From an uncultured Desulfurellaceae bacterium (GTDB lineage: Bacteria > Campylobacterota_A > Desulfurellia > JAGGSF01): 43,566 nt of DNA. The translations under genes were made by a program, and so were the position numbers. The stretch lies in contig CAZVDS010000001.1 in NCBI GenBank assembly GCA_964626315.1, forward strand, positions 1 to 43,566, in the 5' to 3' direction. The notes beneath the pieces were generated by a model, which did not search any database, was not told where the DNA came from, and saw nothing but the letters and a program-made list of their open reading frames with translations. This document shows, one piece after another, positions 1-9,259 of the stretch (position 1 is the first letter of the stretch; each line of letters begins with the position of its first letter).

Positions 1-68
1 GGCGCTAAGTGGAAGCTGAGTAATCAGTGAAGCGGAAGCGTACTAATAGACCGTGTGGCTTAGGCCTT
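1..68 (+). rRNA. rrl: 23S rRNA, 3'-terminal fragment (cut by window edge)
   Basis: GTACTAATAGACCGTGTGGCTTAGGCCTT (about 40-68) matches the conserved 3'-terminal segment of bacterial 23S rRNA (E. coli ...GTACTAATGAACCGTGAGGCTTAACCTT, from memory). 5S follows about 20 nt later. The 3' end is approximate. Confidence 0.8.
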
Positions 69-86
69 ACTTCTTAATGCTTTGAT

Positions 87-208
87 CTCTCTGGTGGTCA
101 TAGCGGAGAGGAAATACCCGATTCCATTCCGAACTCGGTAGTTAAGCTCTCCAGCGCCGATGGTACTGCAGAGGTGACTCTGTGGGAGAGTAGGTCGCTG
201 CCAGGGAG
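87..208 (+). rRNA. rrf: 5S rRNA
   Basis: CTCTCTGGTGGTCATAGCG...CCGAACTCGGTAGTTAAGC...GCGCCGATGGTACTG...GGGAGAGTAGGTCGCTGCCAGGGAG carries the conserved 5S motifs. Terminal helix I pairs 87-94 with 201-208. Ends are good to about 3 nt. Confidence 0.9.
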
Positions 209-219
209 TAAAGTTAAAA

Positions 220-1245
220 TTATAGAATTAACATAGCGTCGCCAAAGCTGTAAAACATATATTTTCTTTTTATCGCTTCTTTATAACAATGTAGAATTTC
301 TTCTCTTCCTGCAAATGCACTAACAAACAAGAGTAAGGTTGATTTTGGTAGGTGGAAGTTCGTAATAAGCGCATCTATTGATTTGAATTTGTATCCTGGA
401 TATATAAAAAGATTTGTAGAGCCTTTTCCGTTTTTTAAAATTCCCTGTTCTGTTATATTGCTTTCCAGTGCTCTTACTGTTGTTGTTCCGCAAGCAAATA
501 TTTTTTTTTGTTTTCTTTTTGTTTCATTGAACAATTTTGCTGTTTTTTCTTCTATTTCGAAATATTCTGAGAACATTTTGTGCTTTTCCACACTTTTTTC
601 TTTAATGGGTTTGAATGTACCTATACCCACATGTAGTGTGATATATGTGATATTTGTTCCTTTTTTTATTATTTTAGACAATAGATTTTTTGTGAAATGT
701 AATCCTGCAGTAGGAGCTGCAATAGCCCCTTTTTTTCTTGCAAAAATTGTTTGGTAATAGAGCATATCTTTTCTTCTATTGTATGACTGATAATTTCTTT
801 TTATATATGGAGGCAATGGTACCTCTCCAATTTCATTTAAGATTTCATCAAAGTCTCCTTTATAATCAAAGTGTACAATGCTTTCCGCTCCTTTTTTATA
901 TATTTGGGCTTGGATGCCATTTTTTAGCGTCGCTATTGTTTTTTCTTTTAATTTTCCTTTTGTTAAAGCTTTGTAAATATTAGGAGCAATCTTTTCTACA
1001 AGAAATATCTCTATTTTTCCTCCTGTTTCTTTTTTACCAAATAATCTGGTAGGAATTACTTCGGTGTTATTAAGTACGAGAAGATCACCTGGCGAGATAT
1101 AATTTATAATATCTTTGAATATACTATGTGTTATTTGTTTTGTCTTTCTGTTATATATCAAAAGCTTACAGCTGTCCCTTTCTTCTTTCGGGTGTTGGGC
1201 GATGAAGGATGATGGTAAATCGAAGTTAAATAGGTCAATATTCAT
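220..1245 (-). CDS. queA: S-adenosylmethionine:tRNA ribosyltransferase-isomerase
   Basis: 341-aa ORF with family-typical segments: N-terminus MNIDLFNFDLP...IAQHP, then AAPTAGLHFT, ACGTTTVRALES, FHLPKSTLL and SFGDAMLI. Confidence 0.9.
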   Translation of the reverse strand: MNIDLFNFDLPSSFIAQHPKEERDSCKLLIYNRKTKQITHSIFKDIINYISPGDLLVLNNTEVIPTRLFGKKETGGKIEIFLVEKIAPNIYKALTKGKLKEKTIATLKNGIQAQIYKKGAESIVHFDYKGDFDEILNEIGEVPLPPYIKRNYQSYNRRKDMLYYQTIFARKKGAIAAPTAGLHFTKNLLSKIIKKGTNITYITLHVGIGTFKPIKEKSVEKHKMFSEYFEIEEKTAKLFNETKRKQKKIFACGTTTVRALESNITEQGILKNGKGSTNLFIYPGYKFKSIDALITNFHLPKSTLLLFVSAFAGREEILHCYKEAIKRKYMFYSFGDAMLIL

Positions 1246-1352
1246 TGTTATTTTTATTATAACAGAAAATTACTAAAAAATAAGGCTGGACTTGACACCT
1301 TGTTTTCTCCTATTAAATTTTATGTAACATAAATTGATGGAGGTTTTGTAAT

Positions 1353-2846
1353 ATGGGTGGTGATGCTTTGTTAGGGTCGGAAATTGGTAGAGAGCTTTTG
1401 GGCAGAAGTAGAGAAAAAGGTTATGTAACCTATGATGAGATAAACAATCTTTTACCAGAAGGCACCTCGGTGGAGGAGATAGATAAATTATTTGCTCTGT
1501 GTCATAATTTGGAGATTGATATTGTGGATGTGGCGCAGTCTGAAGAAGCAAAGGAAAAAGCAGAGGGGAAAAAATCAAAGCAACAATTGATGTTTCCTGA
1601 TGAGGAAACAGAGATAAGAAGCTCCATTCGTATGTACTTAAGAGAAATGGGTGAAATTCCTCTTCTTTCAAGAGAAGAAGAAATTGAAATAGCTATGAAT
1701 ATTGAGAATGAAAAATTTGGAATCTTAAGTTGTTTAGTGGATATACCCTATTTTAAAGATACTATTTCTCATTTACAAGAGGGAATAAATGCAGGCGATG
1801 TGAAATTAAAAGATGTGTTTGATTGTATAGTAGATAATGATGATTTTAGTGATGGTCAGCAGATGTATCAGGACAAGATATTGCAGTTGTTAGATAGGTT
1901 GAAAGATTTGTTGAATAAATATTTGATGAATAGGAGTAATGGACAGGCAAATGTGCTAAAAGAAAATATTGTACAATGTTTGATGGATATTTCTTTCTCT
2001 GATAAATATGTAGATGATATAATCTACAATTTGAAGAAAAAAATTCAAAATTGTGATGATGACTCAAAGAATGAAAAATTACAGATGCTGCTTTCACGGA
2101 TGAAAATTCACAAGGATGGAGTGCAGGAAGCGAAGAACAGAATGGTTCGTTCTAACTTGAGGTTGGTGGTGAGTATTGCTAAGAAATATTTAAACAGAGG
2201 GCTACCGTTTTTAGATCTTGTTCAAGAAGGCAATATTGGTTTAATGAAAGCAGTTGATAAGTTTGATTATCATAAAGGTTTTAAGTTTTCTACATACGCT
2301 ACTTGGTGGATAAGACAGTCTATTTCCCGTGCAATAGCCGATCAAGCGAGAACAATTAGAATCCCCGTGCATATGATAGAAACAATAAACAAAACTGTGA
2401 GAACTTCTAAACTTTTATTACAGAAATTGGGAAAAGAACCTGCTCCCTTGGAGATTGCTGATTATTTAGATGTGCCCTTAGATAAAGTGAGAGCAATAAT
2501 GGAGATTGCTAAGGAACCTGTTTCATTGGAAACACCTATTGGTGATGAAGAAGATGCTCACTTGGAAGATTTTATAGAAGATACACGCACCAGATCCCCT
2601 ATAAATACTGCTATAGACACCAATTTAAGAGAAAAAATTGATGAAGTATTTGGAACATTAACGGAAAGGGAAGAAAGGGTTTTGCGAATGAGATTTGGAA
2701 TTGGAGAAGATGAAGAACATACATTGGAAGAAGTAGGTAAGGTATTGGGTGTAACCAGAGAACGGGTAAGACAAATAGAGGCGAAAGCTATAAAAAAGTT
2801 GAGACATCCCAAGAGGAGCAAACAACTTTCTCACTTTTCAGAATAA
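1353..2846 (+). CDS. rpoD: RNA polymerase primary sigma factor (sigma-70)
   Basis: Regions 2.1-2.4: [47 protein letters not shown]. Region 3 RTIRIPVHM. Region 4.2 [35 protein letters not shown] at 1339-1343 lies 9 nt before the ATG. Confidence 0.95.
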   Translation: MGGDALLGSEIGRELLGRSREKGYVTYDEINNLLPEGTSVEEIDKLFALCHNLEIDIVDVAQSEEAKEKAEGKKSKQQLMFPDEETEIRSSIRMYLREMGEIPLLSREEEIEIAMNIENEKFGILSCLVDIPYFKDTISHLQEGINAGDVKLKDVFDCIVDNDDFSDGQQMYQDKILQLLDRLKDLLNKYLMNRSNGQANVLKENIVQCLMDISFSDKYVDDIIYNLKKKIQNCDDDSKNEKLQMLLSRMKIHKDGVQEAKNRMVRSNLRLVVSIAKKYLNRGLPFLDLVQEGNIGLMKAVDKFDYHKGFKFSTYATWWIRQSISRAIADQARTIRIPVHMIETINKTVRTSKLLLQKLGKEPAPLEIADYLDVPLDKVRAIMEIAKEPVSLETPIGDEEDAHLEDFIEDTRTRSPINTAIDTNLREKIDEVFGTLTEREERVLRMRFGIGEDEEHTLEEVGKVLGVTRERVRQIEAKAIKKLRHPKRSKQLSHFSE

Positions 2847-2863
2847 GACAGATTTGTGATGCC

Positions 2864-2891
2864 TTGACAGAAAGAAGTTTTTTTGTAAAAT
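2864..2891 (+). promoter_or_regulatory. candidate sigma-70 promoter for the tRNA-Ala/tRNA-Phe pair
   Basis: TTGACA (2864-2869), 16-nt spacer ending in TG, TAAAAT (2886-2891). The predicted start falls just upstream of the tRNA 5' end at 2901. Sequence match only. Confidence 0.45.
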
Positions 2892-2900
2892 TTCAATTGA

Positions 2901-2973
2901 GGGGCTGTAGCTCAGTTGGGAGAGCGCTACGCTGGCAGCGTAGAGGTTACGGGTTCGAAACCCGTCAGCTCCA
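2901..2973 (+). tRNA. tRNA-Ala (anticodon GGC)
   Basis: Hand-folded 73-nt cloverleaf. Acceptor GGGGCTG/CAGCTCC with the G3:U70 alanine identity pair. Anticodon stem CTACG/CGTAG with loop CTGGCAG, T-loop TTCGAAA. No CCA is encoded. Confidence 0.95.
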
Positions 2974-2978
2974 CTATT

Positions 2979-3051
2979 GCCGGGATAGCTCAGTCGGTAG
3001 AGCAAGGGACTGAAAATCCCTGTGTCGGTGGTTCGATTCCGCCTCCCGGCA
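2979..3051 (+). tRNA. tRNA-Phe (anticodon GAA)
   Basis: Hand-folded 73-nt cloverleaf. Acceptor GCCGGGA/TCCCGGC, anticodon stem AGGGA/TCCCT with loop CTGAAAA, T-loop TTCGATT. It starts 5 nt after tRNA-Ala. No CCA is encoded. Confidence 0.95.
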
Positions 3052-3238
3052 CTGTTTTAAAATTATATGACAAATCTACGTTAAGAAAAAATTAAAGAAG
3101 TAAATGTTTGTGTAGTAAGCGATATTACAAAAGATGTTTCATGAAAACCATTTTAAAGGCATATTCCTTTTTTATGTGTATTGTTGTTAGTTTTTTTTCA
3201 CAACTATCACTGTTTTTGCCAAGTTTAATGAGATGAGT

Positions 3239-4120
3239 CTATTTTAACAGATAATTGAAGATTGCCATCCTCACAAATATACCGTTTTCTACTTGTTCAC
3301 GGATTAGAGAATGAGAATGATGAAGAAGAGAGTTGTCTATTTCCACATTTTTATTTACTGGTCCAGGATGAAGAATGTAAGCATCTTTTACCTCTTTTAA
3401 TGCAAAATATCTATAATATTCAGATAAAGAAGGAATAGATTTTTCACTTTTTCTCTCCAATTGTATTCTTAAAGGCATTATAAAATCTTTTTCTGTGCAT
3501 GCTTCTCTAAGATTTTTTGCTACTTTTATTCCCAATTTTTCTATTTGAGAAGGAATCATGGTTTTAGGACCAAATACAATCACCTTACCTTTAAATAATC
3601 TTTGTAAGAAAATGTTTGATCGGGCTACTCTACTGTGTGAAATATCGCCAATAATGGAAAGTTTTATTCCTTCCATTTTTTTCTTTTTTCCCCACATTGT
3701 AAAAAAATCCAATAAAGCTTGGGAAGGATGTTCAAACACCCCATCGCCGGCGTTTATAACAGGGATAGAAGTTTTTTTGCTTAAATAAAATGGAAAACCA
3801 GAATTGGGATGACGGACAATAAATGCTGATGGATGCATCTGTTCTAAGTTTTGAACCATATCCTCTATAGTTTCTCCTTTTTTTAAGCTGGACATTTTTG
3901 TATCCATGTTTATCACTTGTCCGCCTAAATTTTTAGCGGCTATTTCAAAGGAAGTGCGAGTGCGAGTGCTTGCTTCAAAAAAGAGATTGATTACTATTTT
4001 TCCCTGCAGGATTTTTTTGAAATCTTTTTTATTGTAAAATATCTCTTTATAAATCTTTGCAGTATTCAATATAAACATTATATCTTCTTTATTTAAAAAG
4101 CTTATTCCCAATAAGTTCAT
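3239..4120 (-). CDS. pyrB: aspartate carbamoyltransferase catalytic subunit
   Basis: Carbamoyl-phosphate motif FFEASTRTRTSFE, plus HPSQALLD and PLRIQLER. 293 aa. The start overlaps the rapZ stop by 4 nt. Confidence 0.9.
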   Translation of the reverse strand: MNLLGISFLNKEDIMFILNTAKIYKEIFYNKKDFKKILQGKIVINLFFEASTRTRTSFEIAAKNLGGQVINMDTKMSSLKKGETIEDMVQNLEQMHPSAFIVRHPNSGFPFYLSKKTSIPVINAGDGVFEHPSQALLDFFTMWGKKKKMEGIKLSIIGDISHSRVARSNIFLQRLFKGKVIVFGPKTMIPSQIEKLGIKVAKNLREACTEKDFIMPLRIQLERKSEKSIPSLSEYYRYFALKEVKDAYILHPGPVNKNVEIDNSLLHHSHSLIREQVENGIFVRMAIFNYLLK

Positions 4121-4986
4121 GTTTTTTCTATATCGCGGTGAAGAATGTTTACCGCAAACTCCTTTTTTTGCAAAATTTTTTCCATATACTCCACAATGGC
4201 TACCGATCTATGTTTTCCTCCTGTACAGCCATAAGAAAGAGTAAAGTAACTTTTCCCCTCTCTTTCATAAAGAGGAAGTAAAAAAGATAAAATTTCTTCA
4301 TTCTTTTTTAAAAATATTTGTGTTTCTCTCCTATTGATTACAAATTCGTATGTTTTTTTATCTTTTCCCGTAGTGTCTTTTAATTCCTTTATAAAAAATG
4401 GATTAGGCAAAAAACGAACATCAATTACCATATCACTCTCTATCGGCACCCCATATTTAAACCCAAATGAAATAAGCATTAAAATGATCTTTTTTCTTAT
4501 TTCTTCTGAGAATTCTTCTCTTAGAATTTTACCAAAGATTTGTGGTGCAAGATATGATGTGTCAATGACTGCATCTGCAAATGATTTTATCTTATCCATG
4601 GTTGTTTTTTCCTCAGCAATGGCCTGCGAGAGGGAAATATTTTTGCTTATGCTTAGAGGATGTATTCTTCTTGTTTCTTTGAATCTGGAGATGATTATTT
4701 TATCTTGTGCTTCAAGATAAACAATCTTTTTGTACAATTTTTTCTCATTCAAAAATTGCACCAGCTTTATAAATTCTTTTTCTATTTTACCACCTCTTAT
4801 GTCCACCACCAATGCAATTTTAGGAACAGGAGCTTTGCTGTATTCTAACATTTGAATAAATGTAGGGAAAAGGGTTATGGGAAAGTTATCCATAGCAAGA
4901 AAACCTGAATCTTCCAACATCTTTAGAGCTGTGCTCTTTCCTCCACCGGAAAGACCGGTGATAAGGGCGAATCTTGTATCTATCAT
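4117..4986 (-). CDS. rapZ: RNase adapter / nucleotide-binding protein RapZ (YhbJ/YvcJ family)
   Basis: Walker A GLSGGGKST near the N-terminus, C-terminal GCTGGKHRSV motif, 289 aa. It sits in the canonical position after ptsN. Confidence 0.9.
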   Translation of the reverse strand: MIDTRFALITGLSGGGKSTALKMLEDSGFLAMDNFPITLFPTFIQMLEYSKAPVPKIALVVDIRGGKIEKEFIKLVQFLNEKKLYKKIVYLEAQDKIIISRFKETRRIHPLSISKNISLSQAIAEEKTTMDKIKSFADAVIDTSYLAPQIFGKILREEFSEEIRKKIILMLISFGFKYGVPIESDMVIDVRFLPNPFFIKELKDTTGKDKKTYEFVINRRETQIFLKKNEEILSFLLPLYEREGKSYFTLSYGCTGGKHRSVAIVEYMEKILQKKEFAVNILHRDIEKT

Positions 4987-5444
4987 GAGTTTGATGTATC
5001 TTTAGTTATGAGTTTTTTATATATATCTTTTACATTTTCTATTATTAGTATGTTTTTTCTAAATTCTTTATCCTTTGATACTTTTGCTATCTGTGCTAAA
5101 GCTTTTAATAATTTTGCTGGTTTTCCTATAGGTGCAATAAGAACAACAAAGATTTTTACCGGTTCTCCATCTACAGCGTTAAAATTTATACCTGTTTTGT
5201 TCCTGAACACACCTGCAATAATTTTATCTACCATATCTGTTTTTGTGTGAGGAATAGCAAAACCATCACCGATACCCGTAGTGCCCAAGATTTCCCTTTC
5301 CTTCAAGAGTTCTTTTAATTTTTCTTTATCTATAGATAAATATTTTTGTGAAAAGATGTGAGCAATTATTGAAAAAAGGCTATCCATTCCATTTACATCT
5401 ATATCACATATAAGTTCTTTATCTAAAAATTCCTCTATTTTCAT
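4983..5444 (-). CDS. ptsN: PTS IIA-like nitrogen regulatory protein (EIIA-Ntr)
   Basis: 153 aa. EIIA type-2 phosphorylation-site context GIGDGFAIPHTK. Sits between hpf and rapZ. Confidence 0.85.
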   Translation of the reverse strand: MKIEEFLDKELICDIDVNGMDSLFSIIAHIFSQKYLSIDKEKLKELLKEREILGTTGIGDGFAIPHTKTDMVDKIIAGVFRNKTGINFNAVDGEPVKIFVVLIAPIGKPAKLLKALAQIAKVSKDKEFRKNILIIENVKDIYKKLITKDTSNS

Positions 5445-5935
5445 CTTGTCTCAATCAATCCATAGTTTCCACTTGCCTTACGAAAAAGCACATTCACCTT
5501 GTCATTTTCTGTATTTTTAAAAACGATAAATTGTTGTTCGTTGGCGTTCAACTGCATTACTGCTTCATCTATGGATATTGGTTTTAAGTTGTAGTTTTCC
5601 TTGATTATTTGTGGCTCCGCTGATATTTCTGTTATGGTTGTCGTTACCTTTCTTCTATCCTCATATCGCTCCTTTAATCTTCTCAGTTGTCTCTCTAATA
5701 GCTCATAGACAAGGTCAACAGAGGTGTACATATCCTTACTTGTCTCTTTAGCTTTAATGATCTCTCCATTTGCATTCAGTTTCACATCTACAATCTGCCT
5801 ATATTTTTCTACACTTAATATTACTTGTGTCTCATTTATATTTGCTATCTTTTCTAATTTGTTCATTTTCTTTTCTACATAGTTCCTTAAAGCATCCGTT
5901 AGTTCTACATTTTTTGCCGTAATGTTCAGATTCAT
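5441..5935 (-). CDS. hpf: ribosome hibernation-promoting factor, long form
   Basis: N-terminal YfiA/S30AE-type domain (MNLNITAKNVELTDALRNYVEKKMNKLEK). C-terminal extension ...KPISIDEAVMQLN...FIVFKN...VNVLFRK..GNYGLIE is typical of long HPFs. Confidence 0.9.
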   Translation of the reverse strand: MNLNITAKNVELTDALRNYVEKKMNKLEKIANINETQVILSVEKYRQIVDVKLNANGEIIKAKETSKDMYTSVDLVYELLERQLRRLKERYEDRRKVTTTITEISAEPQIIKENYNLKPISIDEAVMQLNANEQQFIVFKNTENDKVNVLFRKASGNYGLIETR

Positions 5936-6552
5936 AAATCCTCCTTTATTAAAATTTGTGCTGTATAAAATACATCTCCTCCCATTAATTTGTCACATAC
6001 TTTTAATGTGCATTCTTTGCATATCCTTTTCGTTATTTTTTTAATTTTGGAAGGTGTTATAATTTTCATGTGACGAAAGGGAGAAGAGTAAAAAAAAGAT
6101 TTCAATTTTCTCTTTATATTAATGAAGTGAAATGGATTGAGTAACAGGAAAATGATTGCTTTTTTGGTAATTCTTATAGCTTCATTAAGCACTTTGTCAC
6201 TTTCTTTTATAAATTCAAAAGATGTAACAAATAAAGAAACATCAAAGGATTTATTCTTAAATGGGAGAAGGCGTGCATCTGCTCTTATACTCTTTATGCC
6301 TTTGAGGTGTGTAAGTTTTAACATTTGCCAGGCTTTATCCAATCCTACTACCTGAAATCCCTCTTTTTCCAACAGGCGAGAAAAATAACCTGTTCCACAG
6401 CCTATTTTTAAAACATGTGACCCTTTAAAATCTTTTAAGAGTAAAAGCAGAGCTTTAGTTTCTCTTTTGGCAACCTCCTTTCCTTCTTTTTCATACCAAC
6501 TTTCATATTTTCTTGCACCTGTTTTGCTTAATGCATCATAAAAATCATCCAT
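5932..6552 (-). CDS. class I SAM-dependent methyltransferase, substrate unknown
   Basis: Motif I LKIGCGTGYFS followed by the acidic loop VVGLD; Methyltransf_11-like layout. Confidence 0.75.
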   Translation of the reverse strand: MDDFYDALSKTGARKYESWYEKEGKEVAKRETKALLLLLKDFKGSHVLKIGCGTGYFSRLLEKEGFQVVGLDKAWQMLKLTHLKGIKSIRADARLLPFKNKSFDVSLFVTSFEFIKESDKVLNEAIRITKKAIIFLLLNPFHFINIKRKLKSFFYSSPFRHMKIITPSKIKKITKRICKECTLKVCDKLMGGDVFYTAQILIKEDL

Positions 6553-6847
6553 TCAGTTTTTCTCTCACTGCACTGACTTTTCCCTTCATGGATAGTTTTT
6601 TGTCTGTTCTTTCATCCATGTGAATGTGCACCGATACTCTTTTTAAGCCTATTTTAAACATGTGTTCGTATATATTTTTTACTACATCAAATATCTCATC
6701 TATTTCACCTTCTAAGATGGTATCTGCTGGTGTAAGTTGATGTTTTATTCCTTTTTCTTCAATCACTTTATGTACTTCTGCTACATATTTACTTACACTT
6801 GGCGAGCCTGTGCCGATCGGCGTAACCACTAATGAGGCAACAGCCAT
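6545..6847 (-). CDS. MTH1187/YkoF-like (DUF77) small thiamine-binding-family protein
   Basis: 100 aa. N-terminus MAVASLVVTPIGTGSPSVSKYVAEV... and overall size match my memory of the MTH1187 family. Not HMM-checked. Confidence 0.7.
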   Translation of the reverse strand: MAVASLVVTPIGTGSPSVSKYVAEVHKVIEEKGIKHQLTPADTILEGEIDEIFDVVKNIYEHMFKIGLKRVSVHIHMDERTDKKLSMKGKVSAVREKLNG

Positions 6848-6861
6848 GAATCACCTCCTAC

Positions 6862-7185
6862 CTATAAGAATTTTTCTATCCACCAAGCAACATAACCCCA
6901 TTCATTCTTTGTTTTATATTTTTCATCGTTTTCTTTTTTATTTGTATTAAACTCTATGTTATTTATATCTATATTTTTATCTGTTAAAATTTTGTACGAT
7001 AGCAGTATTTCTTTAAATGATTCTTCATCTCCTCCCTTATCGGGATGGTGTTTTTTTGCCATCTCTAAAAATTTTTTCCTAATATCTTGTTTAGAAGCGC
7101 CTTCCTCTAAGCCAAAAAGGGCTAATGCCTTTTTTAATAATGCTTCTCTTTTTTTAAACTCGTCTTGAAATGAATAATCATACAT
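6862..7185 (-). CDS. small J-domain protein
   Basis: J-domain with the HPD tripeptide (IRKKFLEMAKKHHPDKGGDEESFKEILLSYKIL). No Gly/Phe or zinc-finger regions. Trp-rich C-terminus WGYVAWWIEKFL. Confidence 0.75.
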   Translation of the reverse strand: MYDYSFQDEFKKREALLKKALALFGLEEGASKQDIRKKFLEMAKKHHPDKGGDEESFKEILLSYKILTDKNIDINNIEFNTNKKENDEKYKTKNEWGYVAWWIEKFL

Positions 7186-8342
7186 TATAATTCAACCAGC
7201 GTTTTTTCAAATTTAGTTAAGCTCTCCACTCCTTTTGTTTTTACCACATATGTATTTTCTATTCCTACTGCTCCTTCTTTGAATACTATCTTGGGTTCAA
7301 ATGCAAAAACCATTCCCTCTTCTAATGAATAATCCATTCCTCGAGCAATAAATGGATGTTCGTCAATTTCTAATCCTACTCCGTGTCCTATAAAAGGGAC
7401 GGGATTGTGGTTGACACCCATGAAATTTTCTTCAAATCCATATTTTTTTGCCCATTGCCATCCGCGATTATACAGATCGACTGCTTTTATTCCTATTTTT
7501 GCTGTCTTTTCCATATCTTTCATTATAAAGATACAAAGATCTAAGGCCTCTTTCATTTTAGAGGAAAGCTTACCTAAAACAAAGGTGCGTGTTTCATCTG
7601 CATAGTATCCATTGGGAGTAGTTACATAGTCCACGATGATAGGTTCATTTTCTTCAATAGTTTTTTGTGAAGGACCTTGTGGAAATACAGGATAGAGACC
7701 CTTGCCGGATATAGGTACCAGAAGTGTAGAAGGAGATCCAGCTGAATATCCACTTACTACCTGTCCAATAGCCTCGCCACTAAATCCACGCATCCGGTGG
7801 AAGGGCATATTTCCTTGTTTTCTAATTTTCATTTCTATTTCAGCCGCTATATCTATTTCTCTTTTGCCTTGTTTTATAATATCTTTTGCTATATCCATAA
7901 CCTCGTCACAGAGTAAAGCACTTTCTCTTATCATTTTTAATTCATAGGCGCTTTTTATTCTTCTCTGCCAGCGTATATCATCGCCTATATCTTTGAATTC
8001 TGAGTTTGGAAATAATTTTTGGATGTGTGAAAAAATCTTATATGGTAAAACATCGAATTCTAAGCCTATACAGGTAGAAGACGTCTTTTTATTTTGTATT
8101 GTTTCTTTTATGTCATGAAAGCCCTTTATTTTTATTACTTCCCACGGAGATTCTTGTTTTACCCTTTCTTCTCCTCTTCTTGTAAAATACAGCACATCTT
8201 CATTTTTTGATATGAGTAATGTTCCGTCGCATATGCTACCCGTAAAATAAAAGAGGTCTACATTTTGTAAAATGAAAGCAAAGTCTATATTTTTTTCTCT
8301 TAGTTTTTGAGCCAATATCTTTATTCTTTCTTTAAATTCCAT
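7185..8342 (-). CDS. M24-family Xaa-Pro aminopeptidase/dipeptidase
   Basis: Creatinase-like N-domain plus pita-bread fold. Metal-ligand contexts IVDYV...YYADETRTF, GHGVGLEIDEHP and FAFEP. Confidence 0.85.
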   Translation of the reverse strand: MEFKERIKILAQKLREKNIDFAFILQNVDLFYFTGSICDGTLLISKNEDVLYFTRRGEERVKQESPWEVIKIKGFHDIKETIQNKKTSSTCIGLEFDVLPYKIFSHIQKLFPNSEFKDIGDDIRWQRRIKSAYELKMIRESALLCDEVMDIAKDIIKQGKREIDIAAEIEMKIRKQGNMPFHRMRGFSGEAIGQVVSGYSAGSPSTLLVPISGKGLYPVFPQGPSQKTIEENEPIIVDYVTTPNGYYADETRTFVLGKLSSKMKEALDLCIFIMKDMEKTAKIGIKAVDLYNRGWQWAKKYGFEENFMGVNHNPVPFIGHGVGLEIDEHPFIARGMDYSLEEGMVFAFEPKIVFKEGAVGIENTYVVKTKGVESLTKFEKTLVEL

Positions 8343-8383
8343 ATTCTCATTATAGGAATATATGGGCGTAATTCAATCTAAAA

Positions 8384-9259
8384 TCATAGATAAAAACATC
8401 TTACCTTCCTATTAATTATAGTTTTTAATGGAGGAAATTCTTTAATGCATTTCTCTTTCTTTTTTTCGCAGATGCTTTGATAAGGGCAACCTTGAGTTGA
8501 AGGTGAAAATTCCTCTACCTGTAGATGGTTTTTTTTATAGTGCATATTTTCTTTAGGAATGGCATTTAAAAGATAGTTAGTATATGGATGTAAAGCATTG
8601 TTCATTATCTCCCTTGTGTTTCCCTCTTCTACAATTCTTCCTCCATGCATTACTATTACTCTGCCTTGCATTAACTTTACTATATTGAAATCGTGAGTAA
8701 TGAGAACCAATGCTACGCCTTGTTCATTTATTTTTTTTAAAAGTCTTAAGATTTGGGCTGAGATAGTTATATCCAGTGAAGAGGTAGGCTCATCTGCAAC
8801 AATGAGCTTGCTATTCATAGCTATTGCCATTGCAATAAGTATTCTTTGTTTCATTCCCCCACTTAAGTGGTGGGGATAGCTCTTTAAGATTTTTTCAGTA
8901 TCTTTTAGTCCCACTGCTATTAAGGATTTTTCTATTGTTTTTTTTACTTCCTCCTTAGAAAGCTTTTTTAAGGTTGGAATTTCTCTCATTTGCTTGTATA
9001 TGGTAAATACGGGGTCTAAGGATTCTCCTACGTTTTGTGGCACAATAGCAGTATTTTTCTGTATATTTATATTTCCTGTTAACTTTAAATTGTATAGTTT
9101 ATGTAAGCCAACCATAATGTATGCCAATGTGGACTTTCCTGCTCCACTTTCTCCTACGATATTTAATATTTCTTTTTCTTTTACATTAAAATTTATGTGA
9201 TGAAGAACGGATTTCTCTCCGTAATATGCACAAAGATCTTTAATATGGATTATCCCCAT
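8384..9259 (-). CDS. ABC transporter ATP-binding protein, oligopeptide/dipeptide (OppD/DppD-like) type
   Basis: Walker A GESGAGKST, Q-loop IVPQN, signature LSGGMKQR, Walker B LIVADEPTSSLD, H-loop ITHD. Family-typical C-terminal HPYT plus a Cys-rich tail (CPYQSIC...C...C). Confidence 0.9.
   Translation of the reverse strand: MGIIHIKDLCAYYGEKSVLHHINFNVKEKEILNIVGESGAGKSTLAYIMVGLHKLYNLKLTGNINIQKNTAIVPQNVGESLDPVFTIYKQMREIPTLKKLSKEEVKKTIEKSLIAVGLKDTEKILKSYPHHLSGGMKQRILIAMAIAMNSKLIVADEPTSSLDITISAQILRLLKKINEQGVALVLITHDFNIVKLMQGRVIVMHGGRIVEEGNTREIMNNALHPYTNYLLNAIPKENMHYKKNHLQVEEFSPSTQGCPYQSICEKKKEKCIKEFPPLKTIINRKVRCFYL

Noticed and set aside
2305-2313. GGTGGATAA, an 8/9 match to the DnaA box TGTGGATAA.
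   Set aside because: It is a single copy inside rpoD, and the sequence is dictated by the conserved TWWIRQ motif.
3133-3148. Near-palindrome TGTTTCATGAAAAC in the tRNA-Phe/pyrB spacer, which looks superficially like a parS half-site pair.
   Set aside because: It lacks the central CACGTG core and is off register by one base. It is also far from parAB. I found no full parS match (TGTTNCACGTGAAACA) anywhere by eye.
3052-3238. 187-bp spacer between tRNA-Phe and the pyrB 3' end, considered for a small RNA or micro-ORF (e.g. the 18-codon MFHENHFKGIFLFYVYCC).
   Set aside because: It is uniformly AT-rich with no stable helices that I can fold by hand, no SD before the micro-ORF and no promoter-like hexamers. 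It is most likely just a convergent terminator/spacer region.
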